A stretch of DNA of 43,256 nt from a virus (IMGVR_UViG_3300032289_000612:1-43256), one strand, 5' to 3'; positions 26,181 to 32,637 are shown, counted from the stretch's first letter. Translations and numbers: made by a program. Notes: a model not told the origin generated them from the sequence alone.

Positions 26181-26306
26181 GTAAAGGTGCCTCTATCAGT
26201 TGATTTATTAGCCAGGGGTTAAATAAAGCAGAGTTTTTACTTTCGTTGGTTACCTCTAGCAGCCTTAGTAAGAACCCCTGGATCTAATCATCCAGGGTTT
26301 TTTATT
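26181..26306 (+). ncRNA. Candidate trans-acting sRNA with anti-RBS loop, ending in an intrinsic terminator
   Basis: Outer stem AAGGTGC/GCAGCCTT; hairpin TTTATTAGCC/GGTTAAATAAA; AGAG/CTCT stem presenting CTTTCGTTGGTT (26240-26251); terminator CCCTGGAT/ATCCAGGG-TTTTTT. Confidence 0.65.
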
Positions 26307-26369
26307 GCCCGCAAAGACGGAGGGTAGCATAATCTTCTTACGAGATCAATATAAAATCCCCTGAAATTT

Positions 26370-26402
26370 TGTGAGATGCGCCACAATGTGGCGGGAATCA
26401 CA
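26370..26402. promoter_or_regulatory. Two tandem near-consensus CRP-type sites
   Basis: TGTGA-N6-CCACA and TGTGG-N6-TCACA. Confidence 0.55.
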
Positions 26403-26420
26403 CAGCTTTTCTATTCCATT

Positions 26421-26442
26421 TGTCAGTCCCCTAATATATAAT
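26421..26442 (+). promoter_or_regulatory. Early promoter, TGTCAG-N10-TATAAT, driving a leaderless gene
   Basis: Copy 12 of 13; ATG 6 nt after the -10. Confidence 0.8.
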
Positions 26443-26448
26443 AATCAC

Positions 26449-26595
26449 ATGAGAACAATTGATGAACTAGTAAATGAGATGTACATGGATAATGAACAAC
26501 ATCTTGAATATATGGAGAACATGAACGGTGGGGATTGCGATTGCAATATTCACACCACATTAAACACTATTGTAAAGTATTGGTGGGATGAATGA
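26449..26595 (+). CDS. Leaderless microprotein (48 aa, CDCNIH)
   Basis: Start at MRTIDE. Confidence 0.65.
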   Translation: MRTIDELVNEMYMDNEQHLEYMENMNGGDCDCNIHTTLNTIVKYWWDE

Positions 26596-26750
26596 TGTTA
26601 GGATATACATTAGATCAATTAGATGAAATGATTAGGGCTATCTGTCTTTCTAAGAAATCCGTCCCAAATACACAAATAAGAATTCATGCTGGATTAGATC
26701 AAGCAGAGGAATTTTTAAAGGGACTATGGGCGGAGGGTTATTTTGACTAA
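26592..26750 (+). CDS. Hypothetical protein (52 aa)
   Basis: Manual translation MMLGYTLDQL...GLWAEGYFD. Confidence 0.7.
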   Translation: MMLGYTLDQLDEMIRAICLSKKSVPNTQIRIHAGLDQAEEFLKGLWAEGYFD

Positions 26751-26958
26751 ATCATCTGTATTCCTTGCTTATATAAACTTACATCTAACTAGTTTAGAAC
26801 AGGATTTAGAAAAGCTACTTTATAATAAATCTGTTATATGGTCAGACGGGAACAATGATCAAGAGATGTATTTAAATGGACAGATATTCGCAACCAAGCA
26901 TTTATTGTCAGTGGCTACTGATATAATGAACTCTACTAACGAAAGGTTATATCGATGA
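26743..26958 (+). CDS. Hypothetical protein
   Basis: 71 aa, TTG start; 3' end carries a promoter. Confidence 0.6.
   Translation: MTKSSVFLAYINLHLTSLEQDLEKLLYNKSVIWSDGNNDQEMYLNGQIFATKHLLSVATDIMNSTNERLYR
26906..26927 (+). promoter_or_regulatory. Intragenic early promoter, TGTCAG-N10-TATAAT
   Basis: Copy 13 of 13. Confidence 0.78.
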
Positions 26959-27239
26959 ATAATACTATTCAACTCCCGCCTCATTTGCAACGCATGGTCA
27001 ATGCAGGTGTAAGCGGTATTGATATCATGCACGGCGAACTAAAGAATCTAATGCTAATTGCTGAGCAAAACTTCCAGGCTGCTCAAAATGGTGACCCATT
27101 GGCTGTCAATGAACATGATGAGTCAGATGATTATCATAATGGCAGACTTGACGCATTAGTAGAACTATATAAACTAACATATGACTTATCATTTGCGATT
27201 GGACTAATCGAAGAAAATCGAAAGGACGGGCACCTGTAA
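26955..27239 (+). CDS. Hypothetical protein
   Basis: 94 aa. Confidence 0.75.
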   Translation: MNNTIQLPPHLQRMVNAGVSGIDIMHGELKNLMLIAEQNFQAAQNGDPLAVNEHDESDDYHNGRLDALVELYKLTYDLSFAIGLIEENRKDGHL

Positions 27240-27493
27240 TGGCAACATTCAGAGTTATTGGTGAAAAGCCAGTCATGTATTGGGTGGAGTTGGAAGCAAA
27301 AGATTCATATGAGGCATATGACAAAGCAGATCAACTTGATTCAATTGATTGGAATGAAATAGAAACAGACAATAATATTGAACCAGTAGATGTGTATCTA
27401 ATTGAAGGTGAAGAAGATGTTCCTTTAATTGAAGATGAAGAAGAGTTTGTATTTGACCCAATTAATGTAATAGGAGTAAATGATGAAGCCTGA
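27239..27493 (+). CDS. Acidic hypothetical protein
   Basis: 84 aa, D/E rich. Confidence 0.7.
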   Translation: MATFRVIGEKPVMYWVELEAKDSYEAYDKADQLDSIDWNEIETDNNIEPVDVYLIEGEEDVPLIEDEEEFVFDPINVIGVNDEA

Positions 27494-27809
27494 TGACAAA
27501 GATAAGTTAAATAAGTGTCTAGAGATTCTTGATACCACCGACCTTGGTTTGTCCATGGTCTGGCTATGGACCTGGTCAACAATCAACAACATCCTAGAGG
27601 ATGAGACATACAAAGCCAACGTAACTAAGGATCAGATGTGGGACCACCTGTGTGAGGCTGTAGAGGCTGGCATGGGGTTCTCCCTGGAATACGGTGCCGA
27701 ACAGCACCACGAAGATGTACAGGACTGGATGCTAAGCAGGGACTACATTGTCGACACAATGTTTGAAGAGGAAGAAGACGAAGAGGAGGAAGAAGATGAA
27801 GATGAGTGA
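27480..27809 (+). CDS. Hypothetical protein with poly-acidic tail
   Basis: 109 aa. Confidence 0.75.
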   Translation: MMKPDDKDKLNKCLEILDTTDLGLSMVWLWTWSTINNILEDETYKANVTKDQMWDHLCEAVEAGMGFSLEYGAEQHHEDVQDWMLSRDYIVDTMFEEEEDEEEEEDEDE

Positions 27810-27942
27810 TAACTACCTGAACGATCAATTAGATAAAGCACAAAAGCTACTGTGGGGTGGCAGCGAAACCGAAAACATTGAGGCCCACAACATCATTGCT
27901 AGATTAATTAAAGATCGTGAAGGTTTAATTAAAAATTCGTAG
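27802..27942 (+). CDS. Hypothetical protein (46 aa)
   Basis: Start at MSDNYL. Confidence 0.65.
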   Translation: MSDNYLNDQLDKAQKLLWGGSETENIEAHNIIARLIKDREGLIKNS

Positions 27943-28053
27943 GGGCAAGCAAGCGCTGTTACGACACAATTAAATATCGGCTGGGACTATTTACAAATTC
28001 GTAAATAGTTGATATAATAAATATAAATCAGATCTCTTGAAAGGGGACAACAA

Positions 28054-28203
28054 ATGACAACAAAGCGTGAATATCTAAAGCAGCAAGGCATTACAGTAGG
28101 AGCTCGTGGCCGTTTCTCAGGCGCAGCAAAGGTAGCTCTACAAGAGGCAGTAGCTAAGGGCGTAACATTTACTGCAGAGACAAAGGTCAGCAAGGCCAAG
28201 TAA
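28054..28203 (+). CDS. Mini Lsr2-like DNA-binding protein (49 aa), not in ORF track
   Basis: MTTKREYLKQQGITVGARGRFSGAAKVALQEA resembles the Lsr2 C-terminal 'R.W....G..V..RGR' AT-hook domain; own promoter TTTACA-N17-TATAAT (27990-28018), SD and terminator. Confidence 0.72.
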   Translation: MTTKREYLKQQGITVGARGRFSGAAKVALQEAVAKGVTFTAETKVSKAK

Positions 28204-28215
28204 CAACCATAGATC

Positions 28216-28250
28216 GAAGGGGTGGCTGAGTACGTGCTTGCCACCCCTTC
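28216..28250 (+). terminator. Hairpin after the mini-Lsr2 gene, overlapping the next promoter (TTGCCA-N17-TAAAAT)
   Basis: GAAGGGGTGGC/GCCACCCCTTC. Confidence 0.6.
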
Positions 28251-28296
28251 CCTATTGTGGTAAAATAGCAGGTTACAACTTAAGAAAGGCGGAACA

Positions 28297-28584
28297 ATGA
28301 AAACAACAGAAATGAAGTTAGCAGAACAAATAGCAAATGCAACAGATGACCATTACTTTAATTCATCTATCGTTGCACATTCATTAGCAGACCAACCTTA
28401 TCACACCATTGACCGCATTATGGAAATGATAGTTAAAACAATCAGATACCAAGCACAACGACATAACAATGACTGGGAAAACGGGCGGACATCAGAAGGC
28501 CTATTTCTTGCTAATGAACTAAATAACTACATACAACAGATAACAAAGAAGTATGACTTCAAGAACTTATCCTTGCCAAAATAA
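28297..28584 (+). CDS. Hypothetical protein
   Basis: 95 aa; GAAAGG SD. Confidence 0.75.
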   Translation: MKTTEMKLAEQIANATDDHYFNSSIVAHSLADQPYHTIDRIMEMIVKTIRYQAQRHNNDWENGRTSEGLFLANELNNYIQQITKKYDFKNLSLPK

Positions 28585-28593
28585 AGGAACATC

Positions 28594-28818
28594 GTGTCGT
28601 TGATAAAGAAAGTCAAAGGTCCATTCCCAAGTGACAAGCAGCTAGCTAAGTTTGAAAAGTCATTACCTGATGATCTTCCAAAAGGACTAGGGCGGGCACC
28701 AGATATCCAGGCGGATAAAAGAAATCACCCCTTGTCTATATCAAGACATAGAAGGAGATTTGGAATAGCTCAAAAGTCATCAGATAAATTAAGGCCAATA
28801 GGATATATATCTAACTAA
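28594..28818 (+). CDS. Basic hypothetical protein
   Basis: 74 aa, GTG start with AAGGA SD. Confidence 0.5.
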   Translation: MSLIKKVKGPFPSDKQLAKFEKSLPDDLPKGLGRAPDIQADKRNHPLSISRHRRRFGIAQKSSDKLRPIGYISN

Positions 28819-28833
28819 ACATATCTCTCAAAA

Positions 28834-28890
28834 TTATCCACATCCTTATCCACAGGGTGTGGATTTTTTGTGGATAAAATCTGTGGACAT
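28834..28890. promoter_or_regulatory. Cluster of DnaA boxes (origin-like or ejection-stop-like region)
   Basis: TTATCCACA at 28834 and 28846; TGTGGATAA at 28869; degenerate boxes at 28858 and 28882. Confidence 0.7.
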
Positions 28891-29337
28891 GTGGGCCAAA
28901 TTCTCCCTTTACGACTACATGTAAAAAATCCCTGAAAGTTGTAGACAAATGTCGACAAATCTATTTAAATACATATAGAATGTATACTAAATCTAATAGA
29001 ATGTATGCAGAATCTCCCCAAATTTTGTCACAAATTGTCGACATTTATATTGACAGATTGGGGGCATATATGCCTATTTACGAGAGCATTGACAAAATCC
29101 CTGAAATATGCAGAGCATGTGGGTGCATGTGGAGCAAAATGGAGGATTATGGGGAGTTTATTAAGGTCGCCCAATTACTCATATAACTATTTGTCGATAA
29201 ATAGATAGTAATCTGACACTAATTAATAGTAATTTATTTCATCTCTATCTATATCTATGCAGTCAAATAAGCCTTCTAAGGGGGTTTTAAGACCATATAA
29301 AGGGCGGGGGGATATAGGAGTTAAAGGGTATTTTGAT

Positions 29338-29529
29338 CTATTTGCAAGCTAGGCAGTAAAAGGGTGATCTCATATTGTCTATGTGGATCACAATTGTTTG
29401 AGCACATTTGCTGCAAGTTGCTTGCATCAGATCATGCTGCTCTAAATCATACATTGAGACTTTTAGAGTCTTTGTGTAATATACCTTGGTTAGATACCAT
29501 GTAGTAAGTATAGCTAGTATTGTTATCAT
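29338..29529 (-). CDS. Membrane-anchored Zn-ribbon microprotein, leaderless
   Basis: TM + CSKC...CLAC; TGaTACAAT-N6-ATG. Confidence 0.7.
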   Translation of the reverse strand: MITILAILTTWYLTKVYYTKTLKVSMYDLEQHDLMQATCSKCAQTIVIHIDNMRSPFYCLACK

Positions 29530-29654
29530 TGGTCTATTGTATCATTTCTCTTGGTTCCGCCCGTCATGATCTGCCCATATGTTCTAATTCTTCCAGGCAT
29601 GGCTCACATTCACAGTCCAGTAGATCTGTTGAAACACTTGTCATCTCTGTCATA

Positions 29655-29837
29655 TTAATCTTCCGCCCCATCTAATAGCAATGCCTTGTTCATCCATACC
29701 GCCCCCTGCGGATCTATGGAGTACATCATAAACATTAAATCACCACATAATAGACATTCTGGAATGGATATTAGTTTTATTATATCCATGGTCATCTCTG
29801 ACCCACATTTACATCTCCAACCATATCTATGGTTCAT
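29655..29837 (-). CDS. Zn-ribbon microprotein
   Basis: CKCG...CLLCG; start at MNHRYG. Confidence 0.6.
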   Translation of the reverse strand: MNHRYGWRCKCGSEMTMDIIKLISIPECLLCGDLMFMMYSIDPQGAVWMNKALLLDGAED

Positions 29838-29965
29838 TGAGAACACATGAGGCAGATAAATGGATCATCAGTTGATTTGATAAATAGCTTATTACATTTA
29901 CTACATGCCACCTTATATGGTTCTTCAAACTCTATATATCCTTCTAAGTTGTCTAATATGCCCAT
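29834..29965 (-). CDS. Zn-ribbon microprotein (43 aa)
   Basis: Manual translation MGILDNLE...CSKC...CLMC. Confidence 0.65.
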   Translation of the reverse strand: MGILDNLEGYIEFEEPYKVACSKCNKLFIKSTDDPFICLMCSQ

Positions 29966-30108
29966 TATTCCGCCACCTGAATTGGAATCATTATCAGACA
30001 TCTGGTGCACACATCATAGGTTGATCCAGTATATGGGCAGGTTCCTGCTTCTCTCAGGATATGGCCCTTAAATCTGCATATGATGCCATTTAAAAAATTT
30101 TCAAACAT
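29965..30108 (-). CDS. Zn-binding microprotein (47 aa)
   Basis: Manual translation ...CRFKGH...CPYTG...CTRC. Confidence 0.65.
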   Translation of the reverse strand: MFENFLNGIICRFKGHILREAGTCPYTGSTYDVCTRCLIMIPIQVAE

Positions 30109-30109
30109 G

Positions 30110-30146
30110 TCTTCTACCGCCGCACTTTTTCGCTTCACTAATTGCG
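30110..30146 (-). repeat. Right copy of imperfect inverted repeat (partner 17563-17598)
   Basis: Minus strand GCAATTAGTGAAGCGAAAAAGTGCGGCGGTAGAAGA. Confidence 0.6.
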
Positions 30147-30281
30147 ATCATATATGTCAGAATCTTCTTCATCATCATATAATTCACTAAATTTTATATC
30201 TTTAAACTGTAGTAGATAGTTGTAGGCAATAGCTCCAATGCCTATGATTGATAGGATAAGTATACTTAGTTTCTTACTCAA
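30138..30281 (-). CDS. Small membrane protein
   Basis: TTG start MSKKLSILIL...; TM + acidic tail. Confidence 0.55.
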   Translation of the reverse strand: MSKKLSILILSIIGIGAIAYNYLLQFKDIKFSELYDDEEDSDIYDRN

Positions 30282-30438
30282 AATCCACCTGATTCTCGTA
30301 AATGCTGGAGTCAATATTTGATCCAATCCACATTGCTGACCCGCCACAAACGCATCCTATAGACTTGGACATACTAGCATGTGTTTCAAAGGTCATCTTT
30401 GTATCACAAACTCTACATACATAGATATACTTATTCAC
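30274..30438 (-). CDS. Zn-ribbon microprotein (54 aa)
   Basis: Manual translation; GTG start, CRVC...CVCG. Confidence 0.55.
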   Translation of the reverse strand: MNKYIYVCRVCDTKMTFETHASMSKSIGCVCGGSAMWIGSNIDSSIYENQVDFE

Positions 30439-30613
30439 CCTTAGCCACCTTAATTGCCATCATTTTCATGCCTAGGGCATTTGTGAATGCGTACTCTACT
30501 GGAAGGGCTTCTAATCCCTTTACAATCTCTTCTCTGACCGCCTGAACTACCTTGTGTGTGCCGTTACACTTATTATCTGGATCTCTTGTGAATCCACACT
30601 TACATTGTGCCAT
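30431..30613 (-). CDS. CDGSH-type iron-sulfur domain protein
   Basis: CKCGFTRDPDNKCNGTH fits C-x-C-x2-T-...-C-[DN]-G-[ST]-H. Confidence 0.75.
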   Translation of the reverse strand: MAQCKCGFTRDPDNKCNGTHKVVQAVREEIVKGLEALPVEYAFTNALGMKMMAIKVAKGE

Positions 30614-30839
30614 CTGCCTTTATCCCCTTTTCTGATTCCCGTCTCCATAAAAGATAGGATTTAATATATACAATTCCGTATGCTATAGCTGCAAATATAA
30701 AGCCGTACTGCTTAGTTGTTATGGCATAAACAATCCATAAACATTCATTTACTAATAGGACTAGCCATCCCCATATTGTCTTGCGACCAACAAAGAATAT
30801 TCCTGTTACGCCAATTGCTGCTAATACATAGGACCACAT
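30600..30839 (-). CDS. PnuC-like (half-size, 3-TM) membrane protein
   Basis: 79 aa; 'WGWLV..VNE.LWIVYA', terminal 'Y..W'. Confidence 0.6.
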   Translation of the reverse strand: MWSYVLAAIGVTGIFFVGRKTIWGWLVLLVNECLWIVYAITTKQYGFIFAAIAYGIVYIKSYLLWRRESEKGIKADGTM

Positions 30840-31084
30840 TATTTATTATCCAACCTTTGAGTTAAAAGATCAAGCAAGTCATCATGCCCAATGTCATCGA
30901 AATAATAACGTCCTGCATTACTATCATAAGAATATCCATACCATAATCCGCCTTCTTCCCAAGCTAAATTATTTGTTGGCTCATTAATAACCTTATCTAA
31001 TTCATCATACATGTGAACCTCAGCAAATATGGCGTTCCTAAATGGTGCCCACCAGAATAGTTTATTAACTAACCAATAAATCAT
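30839..31084 (-). CDS. Hypothetical protein
   Basis: 81 aa. Confidence 0.65.
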   Translation of the reverse strand: MIYWLVNKLFWWAPFRNAIFAEVHMYDELDKVINEPTNNLAWEEGGLWYGYSYDSNAGRYYFDDIGHDDLLDLLTQRLDNK

Positions 31085-31477
31085 TTAGAATGGAACTTCT
31101 GCAAACTTTTTATATGATGGAAACTGATCTCCTGATGAAGCGTTATTCTTAGATAAACTAAATGTAGTTACTGCAATTGATTCAGCATTAATCTCATATG
31201 AGGTACGCTTAGCACCTTCTTTATCCGTCCAGTTTTCTTCATACACTTTACCTACGATTATTACTTCCTGCCCCTTTTTCAAAACGTCCTTAGACTGCTC
31301 TGCAAGGCGCTTCCAAGCTTTTACTGTCCACCATGAGGTATTCTTGTCTTCCCATTCACCTGTCGAATCATTCTTTACACGATCATTTGTTGCAACTCGC
31401 AAACGCAATCCATTTGAGCCTACCGCCTCTGGGTCTTGTCCAATTCTGCCCACAATTGTTACTGTTGGATTTGACAT
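31085..31477 (-). CDS. ssb: Single-stranded DNA-binding protein
   Basis: VTIVGRIGQDPE, W.V.AW..LAE, KG..VIIVG, C-terminal VPF. Confidence 0.92.
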   Translation of the reverse strand: MSNPTVTIVGRIGQDPEAVGSNGLRLRVATNDRVKNDSTGEWEDKNTSWWTVKAWKRLAEQSKDVLKKGQEVIIVGKVYEENWTDKEGAKRTSYEINAESIAVTTFSLSKNNASSGDQFPSYKKFAEVPF

Positions 31478-31776
31478 TACTGCTCCTTAATAGCTAAAAC
31501 ATTCTTGCAATTTACAAGAATATACTTTGTTCCGTCTTCATCTTCAATATCTGTTCCCGCATGATCTGGGAAAAATACTATATTGCCTACATCAATATCA
31601 TTAATTGGTATTACATCTCCCTTGTAGTTAGCCTCACCATTTCCAACTGCAATAACGATTCCCTGGCTTGGCCCTGTGTCTGTAAATGCTGCTGAAATAA
31701 CTAACCCTGTCTTTGTAGTTTTTTCTGCGCTTTCAATCTTTTTGACAAGCAAAATATTTCCTAGTGGTTTAATCAT
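31477..31776 (-). CDS. groES: Co-chaperonin GroES
   Basis: IKPLG..LLVK, TKTGLVI, G.VIAVG.G; leaderless. Confidence 0.9.
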   Translation of the reverse strand: MIKPLGNILLVKKIESAEKTTKTGLVISAAFTDTGPSQGIVIAVGNGEANYKGDVIPINDIDVGNIVFFPDHAGTDIEDEDGTKYILVNCKNVLAIKEQ

Positions 31777-31807
31777 ATCTTAATGATACTAAATATATTT
31801 GTTTACG

Positions 31808-31990
31808 TCAAGCACTTTTTTTAATTGGTTTTATATTGGGTCTTTTCCAATTTCTATATATCTTATGTTCATCTAACCATAAGACTATCTTTTCTCTAGG
31901 TATTTTTAAATCTTCTGCTATTTCTGTAACTGATCTTTCTTGAACTACATACTGTTGATACAGCCAATCTTTATCCATATATTTGGACAT
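31808..31990 (-). CDS. Small helix-turn-helix protein
   Basis: 'KDWLYQQYV..ERSVTEIAEDL.......WL'; GGAGG SD before MSKY. Confidence 0.7.
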   Translation of the reverse strand: MSKYMDKDWLYQQYVVQERSVTEIAEDLKIPREKIVLWLDEHKIYRNWKRPNIKPIKKSA

Positions 31991-32051
31991 AAGCCTCCTT
32001 AAATAATGAAAACCCACATAATTAAATGTGGGCTGTCATTAAGATAATCAA

Positions 32052-32255
32052 TTAGTCTTTCTTCCGTCCAAATTTCTTTGGTGGCTTTGGTACTAAGCTT
32101 GTTTCTCTACGAATTCCATGCTTATTTGTATCTACTTTGATTCCAGGCCTAAGTCCTTGCTTCGGATTCTTTCTGGTTGCTTCTCTACTAGTTACAGCAC
32201 CTGCTGGTGTTGGGTTTGGAGGAGCTTCCATTCCAGTTCCATTAATATCTGACAT
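32052..32255 (-). CDS. Basic disordered protein
   Basis: 67 aa. Confidence 0.65.
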   Translation of the reverse strand: MSDINGTGMEAPPNPTPAGAVTSREATRKNPKQGLRPGIKVDTNKHGIRRETSLVPKPPKKFGRKKD

Positions 32256-32443
32256 TAATTAATTCCGATCTGTGGGGCATTGGTAAGTGGAAGATTACGT
32301 TCCACTCCAATAGTGTCTTGTGATTCTGTTCCAAACATTGTTGGCTTTGAAACAAGTCCTGTTGCGCCTACGTCATAAACATTTTGATTAGGCATTTCTA
32401 CGCCCATGAATGCTTCTTTACCGCATCCACACATAGCGCACAT
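32255..32443 (-). CDS. Small protein with MCAMCGC N-terminus
   Basis: 62 aa. Confidence 0.65.
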   Translation of the reverse strand: MCAMCGCGKEAFMGVEMPNQNVYDVGATGLVSKPTMFGTESQDTIGVERNLPLTNAPQIGIN

Positions 32444-32445
32444 GA

Positions 32446-32637
32446 TTACTTACCTGTGCCGAATGCTGATGTTTCTGCTGCGCTGTGAACCATCTTGTCA
32501 GTAGTTCCTACTGGACCTTGCTGTGACACGTCCTTTGCTGGAAATGCTGATGCTGGGTTTGGAGCGTATGCTCCATCAATGTTATTTGTTCCTGCTGGCT
32601 TTGTGTTAGCAAATCCGTCTGTGTTAATTCCGTCCAT
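32446..32637 (-). CDS. Small disordered protein
   Basis: 63 aa; GGAG SD, extended -10 upstream. Confidence 0.7.
   Translation of the reverse strand: MDGINTDGFANTKPAGTNNIDGAYAPNPASAFPAKDVSQQGPVGTTDKMVHSAAETSAFGTGK

Noticed and set aside
27987-28244. 85-aa minus-strand ORF
   Set aside because: Shadow of the + strand mini-Lsr2 gene, which has promoter, SD and terminator
18450-29110. CRISPR array interpretation of the dispersed repeats
   Set aside because: Repeats are degenerate, irregularly spaced and separated by genes; no cas genes
28980-29208. Two overlapping + ORFs
   Set aside because: No RBS; they overlap repeated non-coding motifs
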